Source of the DNA: an uncultured Pseudomonadota bacterium
GTDB lineage: Bacteria; Bdellovibrionota_B; Oligoflexia; Oligoflexales; CAIYRB01
Assembly (NCBI GenBank): GCA_903915625.1
Contig: CAIWTN010000090.1
Span: forward strand, 1,915-65,914
Length of the DNA stretch: 64,000 nt
Direction: 5' to 3'
The notes under the pieces were generated by a model. The model made no database searches and was not told the DNA's origin. It worked only from the letters and a program-made list of their open reading frames with translations. The translations under genes were made by a program, and so were the position numbers. Below are positions 45,672-56,503 of this stretch, piece by piece (within the stretch, counting starts at the first letter, position 1; every line of letters begins with the position of its first letter).

Positions 45672-45693
45672 CTGCCGCGTTCACTCGCGGCAG
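45672..45693 (+). terminator. Probable intrinsic terminator
   Basis: CTGCCGCG-ttcact-CGCGGCAG is followed by TTGTGCATTTTCTG, 10 nt after the stop at 45662. A TATAAT hexamer at 45719..45724 then precedes ftsK. Confidence 0.5.
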
Positions 45694-45805
45694 TTGTGCA
45701 TTTTCTGCCCACCTTCGGTATAATAAAAAAGTCCCCGCGTCTCCGCACTATAGTTTCTCCGACAAATAAATCTGCGTCAGTTCCCTGAAGGGAGTCATAA
45801 GCCCC

Positions 45806-48121
45806 ATGTCCAAAGCCACGGCCGGCTTGCGTTCGGGTATTTTTTTAACAGCGTGTGCAAAAATCGGTAAATTACTTTTTCCGGAACATCGCTTTCAAAG
45901 AGAGATGTTGCTGGTCGTCACAGTTGGCGCCACAGCATATTATTTAACAGCGCTAATCAGCTTCGCTCCTCTAGATCCCTCGTGGTTTAGTGTGGCGTTA
46001 CCAAACGTGCCGCCACAAAATCTTGCGGGATCTTTTGGGGCAAATCTTGCCGCCTTGGCAATTTATAGCCTCGGTGCCGTTGCCTGGCTAATGACCGTTC
46101 CATTTCTAACCAGCGCGCTACTCATTGCCCGCGGCAATCCTGCCGCCCTAGCTTACTCGCGACTACTCGGCTGGCTCCTGGCGATTGCTGGGGCCTGCAG
46201 CGCCTTAGCCCTGCGCTGGCCAGAGTTTCATTGGCAAGGTTTTGCTCTACCGGGAGGTGGCTTAGTTGGCACTACCATCACTTATTATTTAGTGCGATGG
46301 TTCGGCAAGGTAGGTGGCTGGATTACCATGAGCACCGTGAGCACCTGCAGCCTGCTTTTGCTTTGTCGTCGGGCCATACTTGGCCCAATATATAAACGTT
46401 TATCAACAAAGTGGCATGGTTGGTTCGCACAATTACAAAAACCAGCTGATGCGCAGAGCGAAACACCCGCCGCGGTTCGACACCACGCTTTTGAGCCCGC
46501 TGTAACACCTGACACCATGAGCATCTTCGAGTGGCCAACAGCACCGATTGAAAAAGTTGCTCCTAAGCAACCGAGCCCCGTCGCGACTTCGCATCAGCTT
46601 GCTTTTGCAGACACTGATTCTGAATCAGACTTGATCAGCGGCTATGCCAGACCACCCTTATCTGTGTTTCAAAAGTCGGATACTAGCGCCGGCAGCAACG
46701 TAAGCAGCAGCGATCTCGAAGCCACAGCAGCGCTGTTAGTCAAAACCTTCGAAGACTTTGGAGTCCAGGGCAACATCATTGGATACCAACCTGGGCCCGT
46801 AGTGACTGTCTTTGAATTTCAACCCGAAGCCGGCGTCAAACAAGCCAAGGTCGTGGGGCTGATCGACGACTTAGCTCTGGCATTGAAAGTTGATTCCATC
46901 TTTATTCATCCCGTTCGCGGCAAAAGTGCCTTAGGTGTGCAGGTTCCCAACACTAAGCGCGAGGCTGTATACCTAGGGGATATCTTGGCAAACAGCGCGT
47001 TCATAGATAGCGCCTCGCCACTAACTTTTGGAATGGGTAAGTCCATCAATGGACAACCTATGTGCGCCGATTTAAGCACGATGCCACATCTTTTGATGGC
47101 TGGAGCTACGGGCTCAGGAAAGTCTGTTGGCATCAACGCTATGCTCTGCAGCATCATCATGAAAGCCTCGCCCGAGGATGTGCGGATGATCCTGGTCGAT
47201 CCGAAAATGCTCGAATTATCGATCTACGAGGGCATTCCACACTTACTAATGCCCGTCATCACAGAGCCAATGAAGGCGTCTCTAGCACTACAGTGGGCCG
47301 CTGCCGAAATGGAACGGCGCTACAAAATTATGCAACAAGCGAGTGTGCGTAATATCGCCGGATTCAATGATCTTTGGCAGCGAGCGAGCCAAACTCGGCG
47401 CGACGAACTCATTGCCGCGACTGGCGAAGAAAATTTAGGCAAACTACCGTTCATCCTTCTGGTTATAGACGAACTAGCCGACCTAATGATGACCGCTCCG
47501 AAGGACGTTGAGTCGTCCATACAGCGCCTAGCGCAAAAAGCGCGTGCCAGCGGTATCCACATGGTTCTAGCTACCCAAAGGCCGTCCGTCGACATTATCA
47601 CTGGGGTGATCAAAGCAAACTTGCCATGCCGCATAGCCTTTCAAGTAGTCAGCAAACACGATAGTAGGACGATACTTGACCTGATCGGCGCGGAAAAACT
47701 GCTCGGCAAGGGCGATATGTTGCTACAGCGCCCAGGAATAGGCCGACTAGAGCGGCTACAGGGCGCGCTTATCACCGACGAAGAAGTGCTCAACTTGGTG
47801 GCGGCCATCAAGGCAACGTCGCCGGTGCACTATGACGAATCAATCATTGCGTGGATTGACGACGAACTCGCTCGGCAGAAGGACCATGACAAATCTTCTT
47901 TTGACTCGGACGAGGCGGCTGGAGACGACCCTAAATGGGACGAAGCCATCGCAATCGCCAGAAATCAGGGATCAATCAGCGCCTCTTTTCTGCAGCGCCA
48001 ACTGAAGATTGGCTACAATCGCGCCGCTCGCATCGTCGAGCATATGGAGTCCCGGGGTTATGTAGATAAAGCTGATGGGGCAAAACCTAGGCGCTGGCTT
48101 GGGCCGGTCCATAACGTCTAA
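45806..48121 (+). CDS. ftsK: DNA translocase FtsK
   Basis: N-terminal TM helices and a linker. The motor domain has MPHLLMAGATGSGKS and LLVIDELADLMM. The C-terminal gamma domain (ASFLQRQLKIGYNRAARIVEHME) is a winged helix. Confidence 0.96.
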   Translation: MSKATAGLRSGIFLTACAKIGKLLFPEHRFQREMLLVVTVGATAYYLTALISFAPLDPSWFSVALPNVPPQNLAGSFGANLAALAIYSLGAVAWLMTVPFLTSALLIARGNPAALAYSRLLGWLLAIAGACSALALRWPEFHWQGFALPGGGLVGTTITYYLVRWFGKVGGWITMSTVSTCSLLLLCRRAILGPIYKRLSTKWHGWFAQLQKPADAQSETPAAVRHHAFEPAVTPDTMSIFEWPTAPIEKVAPKQPSPVATSHQLAFADTDSESDLISGYARPPLSVFQKSDTSAGSNVSSSDLEATAALLVKTFEDFGVQGNIIGYQPGPVVTVFEFQPEAGVKQAKVVGLIDDLALALKVDSIFIHPVRGKSALGVQVPNTKREAVYLGDILANSAFIDSASPLTFGMGKSINGQPMCADLSTMPHLLMAGATGSGKSVGINAMLCSIIMKASPEDVRMILVDPKMLELSIYEGIPHLLMPVITEPMKASLALQWAAAEMERRYKIMQQASVRNIAGFNDLWQRASQTRRDELIAATGEENLGKLPFILLVIDELADLMMTAPKDVESSIQRLAQKARASGIHMVLATQRPSVDIITGVIKANLPCRIAFQVVSKHDSRTILDLIGAEKLLGKGDMLLQRPGIGRLERLQGALITDEEVLNLVAAIKATSPVHYDESIIAWIDDELARQKDHDKSSFDSDEAAGDDPKWDEAIAIARNQGSISASFLQRQLKIGYNRAARIVEHMESRGYVDKADGAKPRRWLGPVHNV

Positions 48122-49216
48122 TCATGATCGCGAAAGATACTGATCAATAGCCAGCTGCAAACCTGCGGCCATCGCTGGCAGCGAAAAACGCTGAACCGCA
48201 GCTGCGGCCCGGGCTAATTTATCTTCTTCCGACTCAGCAAGGCTCGTTCGAATCCACTCGATAAATGATTGGACCGTCTCGATCTCAGACTTTGCTCCAA
48301 AACAAAAACCCGCCCCAGGAAAAACAACCTCTGGTAATGAGCCAGCAGCTGACACTGCCACTGGTGTGCCGCAGAGTAGAAACTCCTCAGCCACTCGGCA
48401 GATAATTTCTGACCCTAAGCTAGGCACCACGCCCAATGTAGATCCCGACATCAATGCCGCTACATCTTCAACACGTCCGGTCGTGATCCTCACGTCGTCA
48501 TCAATGACTAGCCCCACACGTTCTACGGCCCTTACTAAATCGGCAGCCGATACATTTGCCGGCTCGCCGACGATATGTAGCTGGGGCCTTTGCGGCTGAT
48601 TACCCCACACACGCAAGATTTCCGCCGTCCGCTCAATCATCGGCAGGTGACCTTTCACCGGATCAAAGCGCCCGAACACCAACAACTGCGCCCGGCCGTC
48701 CCTCGACACTTTGGGGACATGCCAGTACCGCTGCTGATCGCAACCAAGGGGAACCGTAACAATAGGGTTTTTTAACCCCAACCGTCTTAACTCTCCCGAG
48801 ATAAGATCACTTGGAGAGAGCACAAAATCGACACCCCTATGGGACCAACGTTGCCGCAACTGATTAAAAGAGCCAAAGCCTTTAGTCTCTTGGCCACGAA
48901 AACGCACCACCTTAACGCCCGTCAGCCTTTTTAAGGCCAACGCCAATACGGTCTCCACACCGCCGTAACAAAATATCGCTTCTGGGCGCTCACGAAGAAA
49001 GCGGGCCAGCAGTATCGGTAGGCGCATCAATGTGAAGTCGGGCATTGGATGAAAAGTTAGGAGAGTTCTTATGCGCTTATGAGCCGGCGAACCATCGAGA
49101 GGAAAAAAGACTCCCGCGTGGCCAAGACTCTGCAATGCGCGAGCTGTGCTAAGCGCATATTCGGTGATTGCGCTATTCCACCGGTTTGAGGACAGGTGCC
49201 AATAAAGCCGGCTCAA
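48122..49216 (-). CDS. Family 4 (group 1) glycosyltransferase
   Basis: 364 aa. The C-terminal GT-B region VVPSLGSEIICRVAEEFLLCGTPVAVS is EX7E-like. Confidence 0.8.
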   Translation of the reverse strand: MSRLYWHLSSNRWNSAITEYALSTARALQSLGHAGVFFPLDGSPAHKRIRTLLTFHPMPDFTLMRLPILLARFLRERPEAIFCYGGVETVLALALKRLTGVKVVRFRGQETKGFGSFNQLRQRWSHRGVDFVLSPSDLISGELRRLGLKNPIVTVPLGCDQQRYWHVPKVSRDGRAQLLVFGRFDPVKGHLPMIERTAEILRVWGNQPQRPQLHIVGEPANVSAADLVRAVERVGLVIDDDVRITTGRVEDVAALMSGSTLGVVPSLGSEIICRVAEEFLLCGTPVAVSAAGSLPEVVFPGAGFCFGAKSEIETVQSFIEWIRTSLAESEEDKLARAAAAVQRFSLPAMAAGLQLAIDQYLSRS

Positions 49217-49989
49217 GTGACGCTCTTTTTTACGTATAATTCGCGCAGTTTTGCATACTTAACGTAGGTATAAAGACTGCTAATTAGAGCATAAGTATAG
49301 CCCTGGTACCCGTCAAGGAAACCAAGCCGCAAGACGTAACGGTACAAAAACTCGGTCCATGGCCTCAGCCAGTGAGAGACTCCCTTGGGCATAGAATGCT
49401 CAAGTCTAAAGTGATTCTCGGCGACATTGCTCGTATACCGATTAAATCTTGAGAAATAATCGGTAAGATCGGCGTAACTATAGTGCAGCAGCTCACCTTT
49501 TAGAGTTCCAGGATGGCCTGAAACCTCAAGTTTCTCATGGATCGCGGAGACAAATTGACCGTGCCCACGCTTAAAGAGTCGCAATGGTCGATCCGCGGCT
49601 TTGCCAAAACGCAATGTGCGGCCTTGAAAAACCAGGCGCCTTCGAACTCGGTAAGACTCAAACTTTGGGAGCTCTGATTTCGTAGTCGCAGCTATCGACT
49701 CAGCCAAAGCTGGCGTTAGCACCTCGTCCGCGTCTAGAGACAATATCCACGGTCTAGTTGCCAATGATAAGGCAGCATTCTTCTGACCGGCAAAGTCATC
49801 AAAGTCACGGAATTCAACTCGAGCACCAAAAGCCCTTGCTATCTGAGCGGTTCGGTCAGAACTGGCTGAATCCAGAACGATGATTTCACATCCGCTCGGC
49901 AAACTTTGCAAGCAATGCGGAAGCCGCGCCTCTTCGTTGAGAGTGATCAGCACTACGGATAGCTGAGGCGCTGCTATAGGTTCGATCAT
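49213..49989 (-). CDS. Family 2 glycosyltransferase (LPS-core type, WaaE/KdtX-like)
   Basis: LSVVLITLNEE, IIVLDSASSD and LSLDADEV. 4-nt overlap with the GT4 gene. Confidence 0.8.
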   Translation of the reverse strand: MIEPIAAPQLSVVLITLNEEARLPHCLQSLPSGCEIIVLDSASSDRTAQIARAFGARVEFRDFDDFAGQKNAALSLATRPWILSLDADEVLTPALAESIAATTKSELPKFESYRVRRRLVFQGRTLRFGKAADRPLRLFKRGHGQFVSAIHEKLEVSGHPGTLKGELLHYSYADLTDYFSRFNRYTSNVAENHFRLEHSMPKGVSHWLRPWTEFLYRYVLRLGFLDGYQGYTYALISSLYTYVKYAKLRELYVKKSVT

Positions 49990-49998
49990 CTTAATCTT

Positions 49999-50352
49999 TT
50001 AAGGGCGCGAGAATGATGCCGCCCACTGCATGTTACTATCGCGGTTGTCCAAATCAACAATCACAGGATAACCTTTGCGGATGGTCTTGAGTGCATTGGT
50101 GATCGCTACTTGCGCGTAATATCCACGGCGCTTAGTGATGCGTCCGTAGGCTATCACCCTTGCTTTCTCATCCATAACCTTTACGTGATCGCCGATAATT
50201 CCATCTTCGACTTTAACCACGCAAACACCACCGCTTGCCGAACAATTGTAAACACTAGCGGCTTGCACCGGCGATGCCAACATAAAACAACTAATGCCGA
50301 GTAAGGCACTAATCAACCACGCGACTTGCTGTTTGAACATTTTCCGGACCAT
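49999..50352 (-). CDS. Hypothetical small secreted protein (117 aa)
   Basis: Signal peptide ending ...ASPVQA-ASV. Small beta-rich body with two Cys near the N-terminus of the mature part. Confidence 0.5.
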   Translation of the reverse strand: MVRKMFKQQVAWLISALLGISCFMLASPVQAASVYNCSASGGVCVVKVEDGIIGDHVKVMDEKARVIAYGRITKRRGYYAQVAITNALKTIRKGYPVIVDLDNRDSNMQWAASFSRP

Positions 50353-50555
50353 GACAACAACCTCTCAACAACAGATTCAGCTTCAGCTTGTAAAATAGAG
50401 ATTCAACTCCAACTGTGGCGACATTACGTCGCTACATTGGTGCCTGAGCAAGATTTGTACCTACGGCTGAGTTCTTTATTTCAGTAGGTTAGGGGCGGCC
50501 GCCTGTGCAGGTTGCGTCGATTCCGAAGAATAATGTCAAATGTTTCGACAAAAAA

Positions 50556-50580
50556 AGCACCGGCAATGCTGCCCGGTGCT
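50556..50580 (-). terminator. Rho-independent terminator
   Basis: AGCACCGG-N9-CCGGTGCT. On the minus strand it is followed by TTTTTTTG, 20 nt after the stop at 50601. Confidence 0.65.
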
Positions 50581-50600
50581 CGTTTATCAAAGGCAGTTTC

Positions 50601-50942
50601 TTATTTGCCGGACGATGAAGCCGCCTTCTGCTTACTCGCGGTAGATCTGGAAGCCGGTTTATGAGCTTTAGGCTGGGGAGCTCTGCCGCTGAAGTCCTTG
50701 ACCGCCGCCAGGGCGGGACGACCGGGAAAACGAATCTCGTCCCACTCCTCTTTCGCCAACCTTCTGAAATTACTAAGGCTAAATCCGCGGTCGCGAAGAT
50801 TTAATAAAGTTTCGAGAAGCGGAACCTGCTTAAATGTGAGCTGTCGACCAAACGCCTCCACCGTAATGCCAAAACGCGGCAGGAACGGCAGCCTACGCAA
50901 CTTAGTCCGCTCAGTATTCTGCACGTAAAAAGTGTAGGCCAT
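50601..50942 (-). CDS. Hypothetical small basic protein with a Lys/Ala/Ser-rich tail (113 aa)
   Basis: ORF followed by a good terminator. The C-terminus is PKAHKPASRSTASKQKAASSSGK. No family recognised. Confidence 0.5.
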   Translation of the reverse strand: MAYTFYVQNTERTKLRRLPFLPRFGITVEAFGRQLTFKQVPLLETLLNLRDRGFSLSNFRRLAKEEWDEIRFPGRPALAAVKDFSGRAPQPKAHKPASRSTASKQKAASSSGK

Positions 50943-51035
50943 GTGGTAGCTCCAGGATTAAATTGGCGAATAGTTCTTCGTTAGTTTATAGATGACCCAA
51001 CCAATTGAGTCAAACACCTGCAAGGAGACAACACC

Positions 51036-52163
51036 GTGGTTGCATCCGAAAACGCTCTGCTTACCCCGCTTGCTGCTACCCATAAAATGCTAAAAGCCAA
51101 AATGGTGCCTTTTGGCGGCTGGATGATGCCCGTGAGCTATACTTCGGTTCTGCAAGAGCACAAGGCTGTGCGTGAGGCTTGTGGACTTTTCGATGTGAGC
51201 CACATGGGCGAAGTTGTCGTAACTGGTCCCGAAGCTGGCGCTTTTTTGCAAAAAACAACGATCAACGACATATCACGACTGCAAGATGGCACCGGCCAGT
51301 ACAGCGCAATTCTCAACGAGCATGGGGGTATGATTGATGACCTAATCATCTACCGTATCCACCAAGACAAATACTTAATCTGCGTCAATGCCAGCAATCG
51401 GGATAAAGACTTTGCCTGGATCCACAAGCAAGCCAGCAAGTCACAAGGCGTCCAAGTGATCGACGACTCCTCGCGCTGGAGTCAGCTTGCCGTCCAGGGA
51501 CCTAAGAGTGCCCAAGCCGTTGAGGCACTCATCGGCGCGCCCGACATGGGGCGTTTTCGTGCCATGAAGTACATGGACATCATGTCGCTCAAGCTCTTTG
51601 GGACAGACGCCTTTTTAGCCCGAACCGGTTACACTGGCGAACATGGATACGAAATCTATATGGCAAATGAAGTCGCCGAAAAGACCTGGCGAGCTTTGAT
51701 GGAAACACACAACCACAGCGGCATCCAACCGATCGGCCTAGGTGCCCGCGACACTCTCCGCCTTGAAGCCTGTTATCTGCTATACGGCAATGACATGAAC
51801 GAGACCGTATCACCGCTAGAAGCGGGCATCAGCTGGGCTGTCAAACTGGCCAAGGGCGACTTTATCGGACGTGACGCTCTCGTAGCACAAAAAGAGGCCG
51901 GTCTTAAAAAGGGGCAATTTGCGTTTGTGATGACGGAAGATGGTATTCCACGCAGTGGCATGGAGCTTTTCATAAACGGTGAAAAGGTAGGCGTGGTGAC
52001 TAGCGGCTCTGTTCTGCCAACAGTCGGTGGCGCCGGTGGTTTGGCCCTGCTAGATGCAGGCAAGGCTGCCCTCGGGGAAGCCGTAGAGGTCGATATTCGC
52101 GGCAAAAGAAAACTTGCGCGACTTGTCGAAAAACCTCTATATAAGGCTAAGGTTAAGGGCTAA
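51036..52163 (+). CDS. gcvT: Glycine cleavage system T protein (aminomethyltransferase)
   Basis: 375 aa. VPFGGWMMPVSY, LFDVSHMGE and ARTGYTGEHGYEI. GTG start. Confidence 0.92.
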   Translation: MVASENALLTPLAATHKMLKAKMVPFGGWMMPVSYTSVLQEHKAVREACGLFDVSHMGEVVVTGPEAGAFLQKTTINDISRLQDGTGQYSAILNEHGGMIDDLIIYRIHQDKYLICVNASNRDKDFAWIHKQASKSQGVQVIDDSSRWSQLAVQGPKSAQAVEALIGAPDMGRFRAMKYMDIMSLKLFGTDAFLARTGYTGEHGYEIYMANEVAEKTWRALMETHNHSGIQPIGLGARDTLRLEACYLLYGNDMNETVSPLEAGISWAVKLAKGDFIGRDALVAQKEAGLKKGQFAFVMTEDGIPRSGMELFINGEKVGVVTSGSVLPTVGGAGGLALLDAGKAALGEAVEVDIRGKRKLARLVEKPLYKAKVKG

Positions 52164-52229
52164 ATTAGGCTCGTCAGCATCAACTCACAAAACGATCACG
52201 CCGCTAAATGTGCGCGCCGGGGGCTCCCA

Positions 52230-52619
52230 ATGGAATTTCCTGTTGGCTTGAAATACACCAAAGACCACGAGTGGATTGAACTCGGCGCTAACGTCGCAAA
52301 AGTCGGCGTCACCGCCTACGCGGTCGAACAGCTGGGCGACATCGTCCACGTCGACCTACCTAAGGTCGGCGATACATTTGATGCCGGTGCTGCGTTTGGG
52401 ACGATCGAATCAACCAAAACGGTGTCCGACCTCTACATGCCAATCGCTGGTAAAGTGTTAGAGGTAAACAAGGCCGCAATCGATCAGCCCGAATCCCTCC
52501 AAAACGACCCTTACGTTAAAGGGTGGCTGGTCAAGCTTGAGGTCAAAGGCGCAGTTGATGCTGCGTCGCTGCTCGATGCTAAAGCTTATGAGTCCTTTGT
52601 CGCTGATGGTTCGAATTAG
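52230..52619 (+). CDS. gcvH: Glycine cleavage system H protein
   Basis: 129 aa. YTKDHEWI and lipoyl-lysine context IESTKTVSDLYMP. Confidence 0.92.
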   Translation: MEFPVGLKYTKDHEWIELGANVAKVGVTAYAVEQLGDIVHVDLPKVGDTFDAGAAFGTIESTKTVSDLYMPIAGKVLEVNKAAIDQPESLQNDPYVKGWLVKLEVKGAVDAASLLDAKAYESFVADGSN

Positions 52620-52731
52620 TCGGTCCCTTCTGGCACCATCTGAGTCCATTCTAGAGCGGTGCGGCAGCCCTTGGCTGCTGACTGCTTTTCTCAGTTAATG
52701 GTTATTGGAACTCAACACAACAGGAGCGGTA

Positions 52732-55647
52732 ATGTCTAAGCTAAGCGAAGCTTTGGCTCACCAGGATGCGTTCGTCAATCGGCACATCGGACCGAACCAG
52801 TCAGAAGTCGATGCGATGCTGGCCGAACTAGGCTACTCGTCGATCGATCATCTGATCGATAGTGCTGTTCCTGCAAGCATCCGCTTGAAATCCCCTCTAC
52901 AGCTACCCTCGGCGCTTAGCGAAACGGCAGCCCTGGCTAAACTCGGGGCGATAGCAGCAAAAAACAAAATCTACCGCAGCTACATTGGGACGGGTTACTA
53001 CAACTGCATCACCCCGCCTGTGATTCAGCGGAACATTCTAGAGAATCCAGGTTGGTACACTCAGTACACGCCGTATCAAGCCGAGATCGCTCAGGGCCGC
53101 CTTGAAGCCCTGCTAAATTATCAGACGGTCATCGCCGACCTTACGGGCCTTCCCATCGCTAATGCTTCGCTACTAGACGAGGCTACGTCGGCTGCCGAGG
53201 CCATGGGCGTATGTTTCGCTTCACGAGCCAAAGATGCCTCGCGCGTATTTTTTGTTTCGAGCGATTGCCATCCGCAAACCATTGCCCTCGTGCAAACTCG
53301 CGCCGAGCCTCTTGGCATAGAAGTCGCCGTCGGCGATTATCAGAAAATCAGCTTTGGAGCGGCGCCTTTTGGCGTACTTTTGCAATATCCAGCCAGCACC
53401 GGGGAAGTTGGTGACCCATCCACTTTCATTAAGAAAGCCAACGAAGCTGGCGTGATGGTCGTCCTGGCTACAGATCTGCTAAGCCTCACGCTCCTGAAAA
53501 GCCCCGGCGAGCTTGGTGCAGATATTGCGATCGGAAGCGCGCAACGCTTTGGCGTTCCTCTAGGCTTTGGCGGCCCACACGCCGCTTTCTTTGCCACACG
53601 CGACGAGCATAAACGCAAGATCCCCGGCCGCATCATCGGTCTGTCTAAAGACGCCGAGGGCAAGCCGGCTCTGCGCATGGCATTGCAAACGCGTGAACAA
53701 CACATCCGTCGCGACAAGGCGACTAGTAACATTTGTACGGCGCAGGCGCTGCTCGCCATCATGTCGAGTATGTACGCCGTGTACCATGGTGCCGAAGGAC
53801 TTACTGCGATTGCCACGCGGGTTCACGGACTGACCAGTGTGTTGGCAAAGGGTCTAAAGATTTTAGGTTTCCGCATAGTCAACGCGACCTTCTTCGACAC
53901 ACTTCGGGTAGAAATGCCCACTAATGCCAAGGTCAAGCCAACGGCTTGTGCCGTCATGGACCTGGCTGAGTCTAAGCAGATTAACTTGCGGTTTATCGAT
54001 GATCACACAGTAGGCATATCGCTGGATGAAACCGTTGGGCTCACCGATATTGACGATTTATTCAGCATCTTTGCTCAAGCAATTAGTGCGCCCCTTAGCT
54101 TCACAGCAAATGAATTGGGTGCGCAGCTAGACTGGGCTCTAGGGGATGGGATGCGCCGGACATCCAAGTTTCTCACCCATCCAGTATTCTCAAGTCACCG
54201 CTCTGAAACTCAGCTACTGCGCTATGTTCGCCTCCTTGAGTCACGCGATTTATCCTTAACACGCAGCATGATCGCACTTGGCTCGTGCACTATGAAACTT
54301 AATGCAACCAGCGAACTTATGCCGGTCACCTGGCCAGCCTTCAACGCTATCCATCCTTTTGCACCTGGCTCACAAACCAGTGGATATCAGGAACTGTTTG
54401 TTAACCTTGAGAATGCGCTCGCCGAATGTACCGGGTTTGATGCGGTATCCTTGCAGCCAAACTCTGGGGCGCAGGGTGAGTTTGCCGGACTCCTTGTCAT
54501 TCGGCAGTACCATTTGAGCCGAGGCGATCTACTTCGCAATGTGTGCTTGATCCCTAAGTCGGCTCACGGCACGAACCCAGCCAGTGCGGTCATGGCCGGC
54601 ATGAGTGTCGTTGTCGTAGAGTGTGATGCTAACGGCAACATTGATGAAGCTGATCTAGCTAAAAAAGCAGAGCTTCACTCAGCGAAACTTGCGGCACTAA
54701 TGGTAACTTATCCTTCTACGCACGGCGTTTTCGAAGAAGGCATCACTCGCATTTGCAACGTGATACACCAGCACGGTGGTCAAGTGTACATGGACGGAGC
54801 CAACTTCAACGCACAGTTAGGCGTCTGTAAACCGGGCGAGTTTGGTCCCGATGTCTGTCACTTGAATCTGCATAAAACCTTCTGTATCCCACACGGCGGC
54901 GGCGGCCCAGGCATGGGCCCTATCGGTGTCAAATCTCACCTTGCGCCTTTCCTGCCCGGCCATCCATTGGTCAAGGCTGGGGGCTCGAAGGCCGCAGGTC
55001 CGGTCTCTGCGGCGCCATGGGGCAGCGCGAGTATCTTGCCTATTTCGATGATGTACATCTGGATGATGGGGGCCAAAGGACTAACCTACGCCACTCATGT
55101 GGCAATCTTGAACGCCAACTACATTGCCAAAAAACTTCAAGACGACTTCCCGGTGCTCTACCGAGGCAATAATGGCCTAGTGGCCCACGAGTGCATTCTG
55201 GACCTACGGCCCCTGAAAGCTAAAACTGGCATCGAGGTTGAGGATCTGGCTAAAAGACTCATGGATTATGGGTTCCATGCACCGACTGTCTCTTTCCCTG
55301 TTGCTGGCACGGTTATGATTGAGCCAACGGAAAGCGAAGACAAGGCCGAGATCGACCGTTTTTGCACAGCCATGAAGTCTATTCGACAAGAGATTAGAGA
55401 TATTGAAGATGGCAAGGCGTCACGGGACGACAACCTCCTGAAAAGTGCGCCGCATACAGCATCTGCGGTGACTCAAACGGAATGGACGCGCCCTTACAGC
55501 CGAGAGCAGGCTGCATTCCCTGCCGCTTGGGTGAAAGCTAGCAAGTTCTGGCCAGCTGTGGCTCGAATTGACTCTGCTTATGGGGACCGCAATTTAGTCT
55601 GTACCTGCGAACCTATCGATCAATATCTCGATGGACAACAGTCATAA
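52732..55647 (+). CDS. gcvP: Glycine dehydrogenase (decarboxylating), single-chain P protein
   Basis: About 970 aa. [26 protein letters not shown] and PLP-lysine region [19 protein letters not shown] 52732 has an AGGAG SD. Confidence 0.95.
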   Translation: MSKLSEALAHQDAFVNRHIGPNQSEVDAMLAELGYSSIDHLIDSAVPASIRLKSPLQLPSALSETAALAKLGAIAAKNKIYRSYIGTGYYNCITPPVIQRNILENPGWYTQYTPYQAEIAQGRLEALLNYQTVIADLTGLPIANASLLDEATSAAEAMGVCFASRAKDASRVFFVSSDCHPQTIALVQTRAEPLGIEVAVGDYQKISFGAAPFGVLLQYPASTGEVGDPSTFIKKANEAGVMVVLATDLLSLTLLKSPGELGADIAIGSAQRFGVPLGFGGPHAAFFATRDEHKRKIPGRIIGLSKDAEGKPALRMALQTREQHIRRDKATSNICTAQALLAIMSSMYAVYHGAEGLTAIATRVHGLTSVLAKGLKILGFRIVNATFFDTLRVEMPTNAKVKPTACAVMDLAESKQINLRFIDDHTVGISLDETVGLTDIDDLFSIFAQAISAPLSFTANELGAQLDWALGDGMRRTSKFLTHPVFSSHRSETQLLRYVRLLESRDLSLTRSMIALGSCTMKLNATSELMPVTWPAFNAIHPFAPGSQTSGYQELFVNLENALAECTGFDAVSLQPNSGAQGEFAGLLVIRQYHLSRGDLLRNVCLIPKSAHGTNPASAVMAGMSVVVVECDANGNIDEADLAKKAELHSAKLAALMVTYPSTHGVFEEGITRICNVIHQHGGQVYMDGANFNAQLGVCKPGEFGPDVCHLNLHKTFCIPHGGGGPGMGPIGVKSHLAPFLPGHPLVKAGGSKAAGPVSAAPWGSASILPISMMYIWMMGAKGLTYATHVAILNANYIAKKLQDDFPVLYRGNNGLVAHECILDLRPLKAKTGIEVEDLAKRLMDYGFHAPTVSFPVAGTVMIEPTESEDKAEIDRFCTAMKSIRQEIRDIEDGKASRDDNLLKSAPHTASAVTQTEWTRPYSREQAAFPAAWVKASKFWPAVARIDSAYGDRNLVCTCEPIDQYLDGQQS

Positions 55648-56497
55648 TCAGATTAGAGTGCGCCGCATCAAGAAAACGAGCACCGATGGTCTCGGCAAAG
55701 CAGACACTGCGATGCCGACCACCGGTGCATCCGACGCCTACCCGCAGGTAGTGTTTCCCCTCGCGGTGATAGAGGGGGAGCAAAAAGCTCATCAAATCCT
55801 CTATTTTACTCAGCATGGTTTGTGCTTCCGATTGTTTTAGAATGTAGTCAACTACAGCTGGATCAAGGCCTGATTTTGCCTTCAATTCTGGAACAAAATA
55901 GGGATTATCCAAAAACCGCAGATCAAACATCATATCGACTGGTTGCAGTTGGCCATATTTGAAGCCAAAGCTGGTCACGGTTACATTAAGATGCCGCGGT
56001 GGTAATTCGAGAGTTAGGCGAGACTCGACGGCTCTCGCCAACTGCTGTGGCGACCAAGCCGAGGTGTCAAAGACGACGTCTGCACATTCTTCGACGAATC
56101 CCAGGATTTCGCGTTCGTGTTCGATTGCCTCGATAAGTGTCTCGCCGTCTCGAAGCAGGGGATGCCTTCGCCTTGTGGCACCGAATCGAGTCGCTATGAC
56201 GTGCGTGTCTGCGGTCAGAAAAATTGTTTGCAATCGCAGGCGCTGCGCCAAGGCCTTGCGTATGGTCGGGAAGCGACCAGAAAAACTACGGTCGCGCACA
56301 TCCATGCCCAGCGCCAAACCATGGCCCGCGCTAATCCTACCTGACTCCATAAGGTCAATGGTCGGAGCGATTAACTCGATCGGCAAATTGTCTATGCAGT
56401 ACATACCCGCATCGGCCAATGTCTTCAAAGCGGTAGAGTTACCGGCTCCAGAAAGACCCGTGACGATGACTACCGGCGGCGTGGCCATGGCCGTCAA
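55613..56497 (-). CDS. rapZ: RNase adapter protein RapZ (YhbJ)
   Basis: [30 protein letters not shown] and a C-terminal [10 protein letters not shown]. It overlaps the gcvP 3' end by 35 nt. Confidence 0.9.
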   Translation of the reverse strand: MTAMATPPVVIVTGLSGAGNSTALKTLADAGMYCIDNLPIELIAPTIDLMESGRISAGHGLALGMDVRDRSFSGRFPTIRKALAQRLRLQTIFLTADTHVIATRFGATRRRHPLLRDGETLIEAIEHEREILGFVEECADVVFDTSAWSPQQLARAVESRLTLELPPRHLNVTVTSFGFKYGQLQPVDMMFDLRFLDNPYFVPELKAKSGLDPAVVDYILKQSEAQTMLSKIEDLMSFLLPLYHREGKHYLRVGVGCTGGRHRSVCFAETIGARFLDAAHSNLIMTVVHRDIDR

Positions 56498-56503
56498 CCT
56501 TCG

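Noticed and set aside
50943-51035. Glycine riboswitch upstream of gcvT
   Set aside because: The intergenic region is only about 93 nt. It lacks the conserved glycine-aptamer elements (GGAGAG...CACCG...CTCAGGCAAAAGGAC-type core).
52661-52692. Short hairpin (GCAGCC-ctt-GGCTGC, followed by CTTTTCTC) between gcvH and gcvP as a possible attenuator
   Set aside because: The stem is short, with a 3-nt loop and a weak U-tract. It is most likely incidental, and gcvH-gcvP are expected to be co-transcribed.
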